Part shown: piece after piece, positions 1 through 12,744 of the stretch | How the letters are laid out: every line of letters starts with the position of its first letter | Position numbering within the stretch: the first letter of the stretch is position 1 | NCBI RefSeq assembly: GCF_009914755.1 | Contig: NC_060937.1 | DNA length: 64,000 bases | From: the human T2T-CHM13v2.0 reference genome, Homo sapiens | Reading direction: 5' to 3' (one strand) | Notes under the pieces: model-generated | Databases searched by the model: none | What the model saw: only the letters and a program-made list of their open reading frames with translations | What the model was told of the DNA's origin: nothing | Position numbers and translations under genes: made by a program

Positions 1-236
1 AATCTCGGCTCACTGCAAGCTCCACCTCCCAGGTTCACGCCATTCTGGTGCCTCAGTCTCCCGAGTAGCTGGGACTACAGCCGCCCGCAACCATGCCCGG
101 CTAATTTTTTGTATTTGTAGTAGAGATGGGGTTTCACCGTGTTAGCCAGGGTGGTCTCCATCTCCTGATCTCGTGATCCGCCCACCTCGGCCTCCCAGAG
201 TGTTGGGATTACAGACATGAGCCACTGCGCCCAGCC
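1..236 (-). mobile_element. AluY-type SINE, cut by the window start
   Basis: Antisense Alu with Y-type diagnostics (gcaagctcc, ttcacgccatt, ccgtgttagccagg), ending gccactgcgcccagcc. Confidence 0.93.
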
Positions 237-240
237 CCAA

Positions 241-470
241 ATTTGTGTTTCTAATAACCATTCCTCATTAAAGAAGCCAAAGCTCCTGTGAGAAGTGACT
301 GAGTTCAGGGTGAGACCTAAAGAGAAGCCTGGAACAGTTCGTTATACCAGGATATAAAGAGGTGCTCAATAAAATAATGCAGCATGTCACAAGCACAGCT
401 GTATTATTTTACAGGGCCAGCTAGAGCAACTTGCTCTGGCCACTTCTGGGACAATCTGAGCATTAAAACG
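241..470 (+). mobile_element. Old L1 3'UTR fragment (L1MC/L1MD type)
   Basis: Resembles recalled L1MC3/4 3' end (aagccaaagctcctgtgagaa...gagaagcctggaac...tctgggacaatctgagcatt). Confidence 0.55.
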
Positions 471-474
471 ATGT

Positions 475-778
475 TTTTTATCAAGGCAATTACTAAAAAT
501 GTTTGCAGAAATGAAAATATAACTCTTCTCACTACATGTTTATTTTAGTGAGTTTAGCTTTTTAACAAAAACTATGAAAAATTTATTTATTTGGACATGT
601 AGTAAGTTTATCGTTGATACTTTAAAATAAATAAATATATATATTATCAATTTCTGAATAATTATATTTCCGGAAAAAATTGATAGACCTTATTCACATA
701 AACAAAAATTCTTTGAAGTCCATAGTGTTTTTTAAAGTGGAAGATGTCCTGCGTTTTTTAAAAAAATGAGAGCTGCTA
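475..778 (+). mobile_element. hAT-Charlie DNA transposon terminal fragment (Charlie1-like)
   Basis: cacataaacaaaaattctttgaagtcc...gtcctg...tgagagctgct resembles the recalled Charlie1 terminus. Confidence 0.45.
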
Positions 779-1779
779 GTTTTGGTAAATTCTATTGCTA
801 TTATTATTATAGTTGCAAGATATGAAGGGAGTTACCAATTATTAGAGTGAAGAGATAAGTTGTTCTTTCAGAGAAGAGTTTATCCTTCATCTCAGCTGTT
901 CTTAAAAGATGATCAAGTAGCAAAAAGATAGGAAGGATTTTCTTGAAGGAAGAGCAAAAAAGGATGTATGTTTGATATATTTGAAATAATGTGGCATTTA
1001 TCTATTAAATTTAAGTACTATAGCTTTTTACTGCTTAGGTGGGTTTTTTTTTGCTTTAATAAGGACTATAAGAAGTGAAGTAAGTATTCCTTTTAATATT
1101 TTTAATAAGAAAAATTACTTCTTTAAAATACGAGATCCTAATAGAAAAATATGAAGCCTGAATTTCCACTTAGAAATTTCCAGCGCACATTAGCTTCTCA
1201 AGCTGGGAAATAATCCAGTAAAGAAATGTGTTCTACTTTGTTTACTCAGCATTAATCACTCATTTAACCCATAAAGGAGTATTTTGACACCAACCTCTTT
1301 TAATGTTTTGGGAATACAAATGCATGGTATTATAGCATGCATGTTCTTATTGTATAGTAAGTGGGAAGTAATTTTTAAAATTTTAGCCATGGAATAATAT
1401 GATTAATTTTGTGTTTACAAGTATCTGTGTACTACCAATAAATGCACTGGATTTGAAACATCATATCTAGAGGTGTGTCTCCCAAGCTAAAACAATGAGA
1501 GTTTAGATAAAGAAAGAAACAGCACGATAAAGAAGCTGGAACATATCTAAGGGTTTTTAAGGCAGTAGATATATTGAGTTCCTGACCTCAGCTGGATGGA
1601 AGGATGTGAATGAAGAGGAGATGAGAATGATTAGATTTATAATGGGAATAAGACAAATTGTGTAATTCACCAAAATAGGGAACCCAAAGTAGAGTGAGGA
1701 AAAAAAGTTTAGACATATTCATTTGAGATACAAATAAACAAAAAAGTTTAAAGTTTAACTTTTAACTTTGAAAGTTAAA

Positions 1780-2045
1780 CTAATCTCAGAAACACCAAAC
1801 TGAGGAAAAAAAGTAACTTGTAGAAAATGCATGCAGTATGAAAACATATATGTAAATGTTTACAACAAAACATTAATATACATTGTTTAAAGATACATGT
1901 GGAGTAGAGTAGAGAGATAGGAATGGCAATAAGTAATCAAATAGAGGTTATGATTGGTGGGAAGAAAGATATGATTGGAAAGAATACAGGAAGGTTCAAA
2001 TACATTTATAACATTTTACGTCTTAGGTTGATAGAGACTAGGTGC
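1780..2045 (+). mobile_element. L1ME-type 3'UTR fragment
   Basis: taatctcagaaac...aaaaagtaacttgtagaaaat...cagtatg...aacattttacgtcttagg. Confidence 0.5.
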
Positions 2046-2159
2046 TTAATACATATATGCACACATGCACACACATACGCATCCACATATATGAGCATAT
2101 ATTTATTTTTTGGTAACTGAAATAAAACAACAAAATCAGAAACTAAAACAAAAAATAAG

Positions 2160-2375
2160 TGGGAACTCTAGAATCAGGCTGCTTATGTGGGATCTTCGTG
2201 CTATATTTAGTAGTTTTGCAACCTTGAGAAATGTACATGCCCTCTAGGCATTGGGTTTCTTACTTTTAACATGGAGAAAACAGTAGAAAATACTTAATTG
2301 GCTTGCAGTGAGTGTTCGTAGAGTCACTGTGTGTCAGATACTGAGATCAGTATCTGGCCTATAGTAAAGTGAACT
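2160..2375 (+). mobile_element. MIR SINE
   Basis: actctagaatcaggctg...accttgagaaatg...tttcttacttttaacatggag...tctggcctatagtaa. Confidence 0.6.
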
Positions 2376-2758
2376 CTTTGTTTAATGAAAAAAGAAATCC
2401 AATAGGAAGTAAGATGTTTGATGATGAATGTGGTTTACTTACTTGGGGAAAAGAGAGCTCAGACTCTAAGTAAAGGGATATGAAATGTATTAAAAATTAC
2501 CTTCCCACACCAAATATATATTCAGTGATTAAGATGAGCACCAAATGTGAAATGATCAATCAAATAGTCTATTGTCAATAAACTAATATCTTTTTAGCAG
2601 AGTGTTCAGCCCTTGATTGAGATTCAGGGATTTTTGGTGCCATATTCTTTATAGAAAAAAAATGCATTATGTGTCTTAGGAAAATGTTCAGAATCTAAAT
2701 CAGTGATCCAAAAAAACTTTATATACTCAAATTATTTTCATCTAAGTATTTGCTTAGG

Positions 2759-2856
2759 TGTATCACCACTCTACATTATTTTTAGTATAGCATCTATCAT
2801 ATTCTAACACAATTATGATAGATGCTATACTAAAAATAATACAAAGTGGTAATACA
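2759..2856. repeat. Inverted repeat: 43-bp arms (27-bp perfect core), 12-nt loop
   Basis: attatttttagtatagcatctatcata (2775-2801) is the exact reverse complement of 2814-2840; outer 16 bp has 4 transition mismatches. Confidence 0.95.
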
Positions 2857-3110
2857 GAGAAGGATGACCATCTGGTTCCTGTGAGTCTGAAGAGGACTCC
2901 ACAATGGAAATCATATTAGCATTGAGATCTGCAGTTCTCCCATACAACACTACTTAAGAAAAAACACTCAAGAGGAAAGAAATAAGATCTGCAAATTTTA
3001 TTTAAAGAAATTCGATTAGTTTGTTAGAGTTGGAGTATAATGTACAGGTCAGGCATTGGAAGGAGTCTGGAATGTAGATTGGGGTCTGGTTATGATGTTC
3101 CACGCACTAG
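2812..3110 (-). mobile_element. L2 fragment
   Basis: tgatagatgctata...acagagaagg...gagtctgaagagg...ttgagatct...gtagattggggtc resembles degraded antisense L2. Confidence 0.5.
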
Positions 3111-3189
3111 TTACTATCAATTCTCTGTCTAGATCTCTTTAAATCTCTTTTACCTTGGAAGGAAGATGCTAAACCAATTGGTCTATGAT

Positions 3190-4268
<1,079 letters not shown>

Positions 4269-5289
4269 AGTGAGATACTTGGACTTTAATATAACTTTAA
4301 TATGTACAAATGTTGAAACCACTGAAGGGTGTGGAATAGAAAAATAATGACTGAGAATAAAAGGAGCAGAACTGAGCTGCGATACTCTTCATCAAAGAAA
4401 AAAATTCAGCTTTCCATCTTATTACTGACTTGTTTTCTGTTTTTTCAGTTCTTCACTTTACTCATTGCAATTTTTCTGAAGTTCAATGATATAAATACTG
4501 AATTTGAAGGACAATTCAGTTCTCATAAAAAGCAGCACTTTAAATCTGTTGGAGCTAAACAAGTAAACTATGTTATAATCAGTAAACATTTTTCTAGGTA
4601 GCATTGTGCAAATGCCAATATATAAATGAAAATTTAAATCTTTTAAGGAACCAATTGGAAAAGCAATTTTGCTTAGGAAAGTGTGAAGAGTATAGAACCA
4701 ATAAAGTGCAATAAGGATTGTTAGGACATTGGTTCATTGCTCTGAACACTCGAGAGACATTTCAGGCTGAATCCATTCAGAATAGCTTCCCAGTTCAAAT
4801 TGACCCAATATCTCTTCATTATTTCTGATTAAATGACAACAGTAGACATAAAGAAGGAAAGAAAGAAGAGAAATAGGCATGAACAAAAAAGTTTTAGAAT
4901 TAATTCTGTATTAAGAAATTTTAAAATCTGATGTTTATTTATAACGAGTAAAATCAGACTATAAAATTCATTTCAATCCAAGTTATAAAAACTGATTAAC
5001 TCTCCCCTATAAAGTAGATCAATAATAGCACTTTAAATCTTAGATAATAAATGTTTCACTAGAGTCTTCTGGGAAAAAATAAATTTTTATGTAATAACAG
5101 TTTTTTAATGTCATAAGTTAATACAATTAACTCTTGTATTTATATGATTAGAACTGACAAAAGATATTTAGTTACATTTCTTTAAAGACTGAATTTTAAA
5201 GCATAAGAAAACATGTGCCCATCTGAAATAATAAAGAGGGAATTAAGTAAAACCCTTTGAATGAAATAAGATTTTCTTACATAAGCAAA

Positions 5290-5575
5290 AGCAATGTGGC
5301 TTATTGTTTAAGGGCATGGAAGCTAAATTCGTTCTGCTCAGGTTTAAATCTCAGCTCTGATATTTATTAGAAGCATAATTTGGGGCAGACACTTTAAAAT
5401 TCTGTCATTTTCCCATTCTCTAAATTAAAGATAATAATAGTACTTATAACACAGTGTTGTTGGGAATAATATTTATAAAGCATTTAGAATATTGTGAGGA
5501 TTATATGTAAAGCACTTAAAATGAGGCTGTTATAAGCATCATATAAATGCTATATTCTGTTATTATTATTAATGT
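5290..5575 (+). mobile_element. MIR SINE
   Basis: caggtttaaatctcagctctg...ttggggcag...ataataatagtactta...tgtaaagcactta. Confidence 0.75.
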
Positions 5576-5919
5576 TTATGCCTTAATAATAACTGAGGAA
5601 TAAAACAAGTGCAAAACAGTACTTGTTGAATGTTACATTAAAAAAATGTTTAAATAACAAATAGACAGAATAGGCGAATACTTAATTTAAGAAACTAAAA
5701 GTGTCAGACCTTAAATGCTGGCTTCCCATTAAGCAAATAAATGCACTTGTAAATATCTGAATTTTCTTCCTTGGTTATGTTTTCTTTTTTATCACTGGCA
5801 TTTCCAAATGTTTATGCAGAAATATTGCTTCAAATTTTTCATGGGATAATATGTCCACTTAGCAAATGAATTCTTTAATATGTATGAGAAATACAAAAAT
5901 TAAAGCATTTAATGTCTAT

Positions 5920-6200
5920 TAATACATTAATTAAACACTAATAATTGAAATTCTATTATGTATTAGACATTAGAATGTTCAGAGGTATTAGGAAAATGAA
6001 TGTAATAAACTCCCTGCTATAATGCAAGCTCACAGTTTATTAGAGGAAAGAGATACTTCATAGTTTCTATACATTCTGTGAAGTTTATGATAATGATTTC
6101 TGCAAATTGCAAGGAAACAGAGTTGAGGCTCTCTACCTGGTCTGTGGAACCAAGTAGGGCTTTCCAGACTGAACATTGTTACACTGAATGTGAATTAAGG
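5920..6200 (-). mobile_element. L2 3' fragment
   Basis: ctattatgtattagacatt...ccctgct...agctcacagtttatt...gggctttcca. Confidence 0.55.
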
Positions 6201-7123
6201 TATTCGTATTGTTATTTTTCTACTATAATATTAGACTATACAATATTTAAGATCCTCATAAACTACACCCATCATGCATGTTGTAGGTGTCCTTATTTAG
6301 GAGCAGCAAGATAAGTTTAGTTCAATATAAAATATCTGACAGCAAATTGGCCTTGATTTAACACTAGGATTCATTCTACCCTACTTACTAAAATTAAAAG
6401 TTAAATACTCTGACCGTGTTATGAAACATAAACTTGTGAAAGGTATCTAACTTGTTTGAGTTTTCACATTTCTAAGAGAAGTTACATAAACTTAACTCCT
6501 AAGACTGTAGCACAAGCTACAATGCTTGACACATGGTAGAGATTCAATACATGGTAGCTAATATCTTTATTGTCATATTTTTATTATCATTAAGAGTGGA
6601 TTAAATTTAAGTTAGTGGCAACGCCCATGAGAAAACATAACTTTCTCTGTTTATTTTTATATTCTTTTTTAGAATTAAGGTCAACTCAGCACAGATAAAT
6701 GCCCATAGAAATGACCAATAAATCCGAATTGTTTGTGTCTGGTCAGAAATTTTTAAAATATGATTCTTATCATTAGCATTTGAATGTGCAAATGAATTCT
6801 CTGGAGAACATTAAGAATGTTATGTAAAATATTCTCAAATAAATAAATGCACATACATACAATCTTTAGAATAAGGTTAAGAAACCTTACACTAAAGCAT
6901 AAGGTTTATATTGTGGTATACAAAGTATACTAAGGTATAACCTTAATGTAAGGTTAAGAAACACATACTACATGTATACATATATGTTTGTGTATGTGTG
7001 TGTATGTATATATATGTGTGTGATCTTTTATATACAAATAGATATATATGTAATGCTTATGCTTGGATCATATGAGTTGATACAGATAGACATATAAACT
7101 TAACTTTTATATACAATTATATA

Positions 7124-7939
7124 TGAAACGGGAAAAGTTCTCTTGTCCCCCTCGCAGGGCGTGTGATGGGGGTAGGACTCGCTTCTTCAGTGGCCCGCTG
7201 CTCGGACTTCTAGGGGAGCATGCAGACAGGCAGGCCGTGGGACTCCGACCCCACAGCCGTAACTAGCGGTGAATGTTTACAGCTCCTGAAGCCCCAGTGG
7301 CGTGTGTTACAGGGTGCTGTTTTCGTTTTGCCATCTATAGGCGGCTTGTGTTAACCAGCACAATTAGACCTTCTCCCTTATCGCAAGGACAGAGGGCTTT
7401 CTGTATCCCGGGTTCTCGCCTTGGTGTACCGGGAGAATCAGATCACACTTGGGCTTGGAGAATGAGTGCAAGGTTTTATTGAGTAGAAGTAGCTCTCAGT
7501 AGATGGGGGAGCAAGAAGCGAGATGGTCCTCCGCTGGTGTCAGGCCACTCAGCGCCCCGGGTTCTCCTCCGATCGCCCTGGCCAAACTCTGCGCTGTTCC
7601 TCCAGCCATGGCCAGTGTACTCCTATGGCAGTGCGTTCCTCATACGTCCAGTCGCACGTGTGTTCCTCCGCTGATGTGCTCCTCTCCACATCCGGGCACC
7701 TGTGTGCTTGCCTGTTACGGTCTTGGGGGTTTGTATAGGCAGAGGATGGGGGCATGGCAGGCCAGGGTGGTCTTGGGAAATGCAACATTTGTGCAGGAAA
7801 TGCCTGACCTCACCTAGGTCCCTGGGGCTGGAGACCTAGCCAGGGACCAGGCCCTCCTCTACCCAGCACTTCCCTTCCCCGCTTCCGATCATTTAAAGGG
7901 ACCACACCCTTCCCTTTCCAGCAATTCCCTTCCATATCA
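7124..7939 (-). mobile_element. Solo ERV1 LTR, LTR1 family (HUERS-P2 related)
   Basis: TG...CA termini, 4-bp TSD tata; minus strand has TATA-like cctatacaaa (~7730-7740) and AATAAA (7475-7480). Confidence 0.85.
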
Positions 7940-9212
7940 TATATATGATATATAACACACATAATATAATATGTAAATGATTTTATACACATAAATGTAC
8001 GTATAAAATCAACTCCTATGAACCAAAGGGAAACATTACATATTATGTCAAAATTGTTAATTTGCTGAACTCTATCTGCTTTATTTCAACACTTAAAAGT
8101 TGCTTTATCTTTGTGTGGGTTATAACAGTTTTATGTTTACAGTATAGCAGATATTTTAGATTAAAAAAGGTAGAAGTTGATAAAGGAGGAACAGGTTTTA
8201 CCATTGAATCTCTATTCTAAAATGTGTATGGTAATAAGAGAAAATCTATTTTTAGAGGGCTCCTTAGCTGTGGGAAACATCCAAGCACCTTTGCACTTTA
8301 TGAATGGCATGCTTTCTGGTAAATCTGCAAAAAACTGTAGAACATAAATATCTCTCTTATGAGGATATTTGGAACTGAATTTTTTAATGTTAAGTCATGT
8401 GGAGCATATCATTGGAAAGCTATGATTTTACCATCTAGCATCATAACATAATTAAAATACTGCTGTTATCATTTTAATGCCACAGATATTAAACAAGAAT
8501 AATATTCATAATTTAAAAAACGATATGTCTTTCAATGTTCATGCTGGTCTTTGAGCAATGTTAACATAGTCATATCTCCCCTAGTGTGGAGAGTGGATAT
8601 TTCAGAGCAATTGAAAAGTCAATCTGACTCAGACTCACTAGAGTGTGAATTGGTATAGCAAACTAAGATAACCAAAAATCAGTAGCAAAGTCGAATCCTT
8701 GAACTTAGAATTTTACTTTCTTGATTTCAACCCTCTCTGATGCTTAATATTTATCAATCTCTTTTCTTTAATTAGCTTTCATAGTAGCTCTCATTTTCTA
8801 GTTAAGAGTAAATTGTCTCAGATTTTGACTCATTTAATTGAGCAGTAACTGTCTTTCTTTTCATCCTGGTACTTCCATGATGGAGAGAGGTGTTCAGGGC
8901 CATGCTGAAAACTATCTAAGTTAATATTTTAGTATCATAATAGCATATCGCTTTTGTATACCAGGCAAGACAATTTGAGCTAATTCATATATTTAGGTGC
9001 TAATAACTCAAAAAACCTCTCGCTTTTATTTACCAAAAGTACATTTTATCAATGATCAAAGTTGTATTTATGGTAAAGAAAAACTATGTGATATGTAGAG
9101 TGAGGGATGGTCTAAAATATATTTTTTAATCTATATTTCTACCCACCCGATTTATGAGGATTTCTCACTAAGAAAAATGTAAAAGACAAAAACAAAAACC
9201 TAAAACATTAAT

Positions 9213-9277
9213 TCTCTCTCTCTCTCTCTCTATCACAATCACACACACACACACACACACAGACACACACATACACA
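9213..9277. repeat. (CT)n/(CA)n compound microsatellite
   Basis: Direct reading. Confidence 0.95.
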
Positions 9278-9343
9278 AATACACCAAAAAAAGAAAACCT
9301 TTCAAGCACACTAGTAACAAAAATGCAAATTAAATGAAGCACA

Positions 9344-9650
9344 GGCTGGGCACGGTAGCTCATGCCTGTAATCCCAGCACTTTTGGAGGCAGAGACAGGC
9401 AGATTGCTTGAGCCTAGGAGTTCAAGATCAGCCTGTGTAACCTGACAAAACACTGTCTCTACAAAAAAATATAAAAATTTGCTGGATGTGGTGGCATGCA
9501 CTTGTAGTCCTAGCTACTTGGGAAGCTGAGGTTGGAGGATAACCTGATCCCAGGAATTTGAGGCTGCAGTGAGCCATGATCATTCCACTGTACTCCATCC
9601 TGGGTAACATGGTGAGATGTTGTCTCAAAAAAATAAAAATAAATAAATAA
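9344..9650 (+). mobile_element. AluJ
   Basis: J diagnostics (gattgcttgagcctagg, gaggctgcagtgagccatgat), (AAAT)n tail. Confidence 0.9.
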
Positions 9651-9709
9651 GGTACAATATTTTTCTATAAAAGTTTATTAAAAATGCACAAAACATAAAG
9701 AGACAGTGG

Positions 9710-11080
9710 TTCATTTATTTCTCAATATGTATTCAGCACATGCTATCTAACATTACTTTGAAATGTTTGAGCTATATATATTATATAACCATAACAAAAT
9801 ACATGCATTCATAGAGTCTGTCTTCTAGTGAAAGGCTACAGAAAACAAGCACCTAAATAAATGAGGAATAAAATAAATTCAGGAATAAATAAATTCGATG
9901 AAGAAAATTAAACAGAGTGATATGCTTGAGAATGACTACATTGGAAGGAAGTATTTTGATTGAGTACTTGGTGATAGCTTCTCTGACGAAAGCTTTTAGC
10001 TTTTTGTTAATGACAAAAAGCCAGCCTTGCAAATAACTGAGGAAAGTAGGGTTTTTGTTTGTTTCTTTTGGTTGTTCTTTTGTTTTGGTTGTGTATTTTT
10101 ATTTTTTATTTTTCCTAAGCACAGGAAATAACTAGAACTACAACACAGAATCTAAGCAAGGGTCAATTTAAGCATCCCCAGAAATGAGGCCAGTGTGAAA
10201 CCAGCATGAAAGAGGGTTATAGAAAAATGGGAATTTTGTAGGTCCTGTTAGCTTTTACTTAAATGTGATGAAGAGTTTTGAAAATGAAAGGGATATGACC
10301 TAACTATATTTAAGGTTAGAAGGAAGGAAACCAGTAATACTGGCTTACGTAGGATGGGAACAATAAAGATAGAGTGAAGTAAACAGATTTGGGTGAAGGC
10401 AGAGCCAACAGGTGCTGTTGAAATCCAGTGTAAGGGGAGAGGAAACCAGTGCAAGGAATCTTAGAGACATTAAGTTCTAGCATAAGCCAATGTGACATAT
10501 AATACTGAGTATCACATGCTGAGATCCAGAAGACTCAGAAAGAACAGATTCAATAGGGACCTCTTGGATTCGTTTTCTATGAGTTGCCTAGAACTAGATT
10601 GCCAGTAAGAAGTCAAAAGGGGAGGAATAGCAGATAAAAGCGACTGCCAGATACTGGGTAAGTGGTAGCTGAGAGTTGTGTAGGGTCATATAAAACAAGG
10701 TAAGAAAGAATCTCAAAAAAGGTAGTAATCAGATAGGTCAAATGCTGCAGAGAAATCAAAGAAGAATACAAAAGTCATCTTTGTATTTAGCAACCTGAAC
10801 ACCCATATTGACCTGAATAAGAAATCTCTGGATGCACTGTAGAAGCAGAACCACAGTTCGATAAGATTTTTTTCAGAAATATGAGGTGTAGCCAATATTT
10901 TATTATTCTATCTTTATGAGAGAGCAAAATAAAGAAAAAGAAAGAAGGAAAGAGCAGATAAATGAGTCAGTAGACAAAAGTTTATTTAAGGTGAAGAAAT
11001 TATTTTTAAGATAAAGATGCTAGAGGATATCTGTATTCAGAAATAATTATTCTAAAAATAGGGATGGAAAAAGAGATAAA
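9710..11080 (-). mobile_element. L2 (L2a-like), long degraded copy
   Basis: ttcatttatt...cattcatagagtct...ttctagtg...gaggccagtgtg...gtcaaatgctgcagagaaatcaa...tgtatttagcaac. Confidence 0.75.
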
Positions 11081-11169
11081 AGGAGTAGAACAATTATGAT
11101 GGTAAGATAAATTTGTATAATTTTTGCCAAATGCAGTTAGTTTAAGTTTTTAAAATGTTTATTCACTTT

Positions 11170-11620
11170 GAAAAGTTAACCTTGTTTCTGGGAATATAAT
11201 TTAAATAGTTAAGTAATAAAATGTTATTGATGGTATGATTTTAAATACCCAAATGTGTTTAATATGGAAATGTTCTACAAAGTAGTCCATCTCTACAATA
11301 GCATATTATACAGTTATTTAAAAATTATGTTAAGAAATATATTCAAGAAAATTAAACATGAAATAATAATGTTATGTGATAAGGATTTAAATTAATATTG
11401 AAAATGACTCTAATTATATATATGCATGTTTAAGTTTGAATATATTTGTATCTATAGATACATGAGGTATGAGTATGTCTTCTACCTATGTGAATTTTTA
11501 AATATGTTTTCAGTTTATATTTCTGGTTGCTGAAGTAATTTTTACTTTTTCTAAAGTATCCATATATTCCAAAATGTTTTTCCAGAAATAGGTGTGCAAA
11601 TTTGTATAATTAAAAATGAT
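11170..11620 (+). mobile_element. L1ME 3' fragment
   Basis: tttctgggaatataa...aatacccaaatgt...atattatacagttatttaaaaa. Confidence 0.45.
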
Positions 11621-11854
11621 GCATTAAAAATATATAAATATATTATTTTGAGAGAACAGTGAAAGTCAGAAACAGGTGCAGTAATTGGAAGGGATTTAAA
11701 CATAGAAGTTTGGAAACAGTTGTGAGGAATAGTCCATGAACAATGGACTCCTCAATAGCACTAAACATGGAAACCATTTTTTTCTCCACTTGAAGCTAGA
11801 AGTTCTATAAATAACTTCAAAGTTAATCTAAAATAGACCTTTCCTAGTGGGAAA

Positions 11855-11855
<1 letters not shown>

Positions 11856-11901
<46 letters not shown>

Positions 11902-12010
11902 TGTGTACTGATATAGATATATGTGTGTATATATGTATAGATATAGGTGTAAATATGTATATATGTGTGTGTGTGTATATATACATAGAGAGACAGAAAG
12001 AGAGAGAGAG
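11856..12010. repeat. (TA)/(TG)n/(GA)n compound microsatellite
   Basis: Direct reading. Confidence 0.95.
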
Positions 12011-12314
12011 CATTTTGCAAGAGTAGGAGTGGGACAAATTGAATCTTCAGCAGTTACAGTATCTATATAGTTTCAGCAATCAAAAATTACTACAGAGTAA
12101 ATTTTAATAAAAATATAATTTTCTTAAAATGGTATTCAAGTAAGAAACTATGTAATTTAGAAATAAAAAAATTAGAAGTGTTGAAAGATTATTAAAGAAA
12201 GCCTTAAATACAAAGAAGTTTCTAATTTGTATTAATACAAGTAGACTGTAAATACAGAAGAGAAAAAATAAGTTAGAAACTAGCATAGATATGTGATTTT
12301 AAAATTGAGATATT

Positions 12315-12740
12315 TCTTAAATCCATAATCCTAGCCTAATCATGAGAAAAGCATCATGCAAATCATCACTGAGGGTCATTCTACAAAACACCTCATCAGC
12401 ACTCCTCAAAAGGGTCAAGCTCATCAAAAGCAAGGAATTCTGAGAAACTGGCCTAAGGATTGTTTGGTTAATGTAGTGTGGTATCATGGATGTTATTCTG
12501 GAACACAAAAAGAGATTGGTTAAAAACTAACAAAACTGAATAAGTTATGGAATTTCATTAATAATAATATACCAATATTGGTTCATTAAATATAGCAAAT
12601 GTATCATACCAATGTAAGATGTTAGAAATAGGATAAGCTAGGTATGGAAATTTTGTGCTATCTTCACATTCTTTTCTGTAAATCTGAAACTGTTCTCAAA
12701 AGGAAGTTAAGGAATAAAAACAAAACAAAACAACACAAAA
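12315..12740 (+). mobile_element. L1MD/L1MC 3' end
   Basis: ctaatcatgagaaaa...cattctacaaaacacc...ttctgtaaatctgaaactgttctcaaaa plus A-rich tail. Confidence 0.8.
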
Positions 12741-12744
12741 AAAC

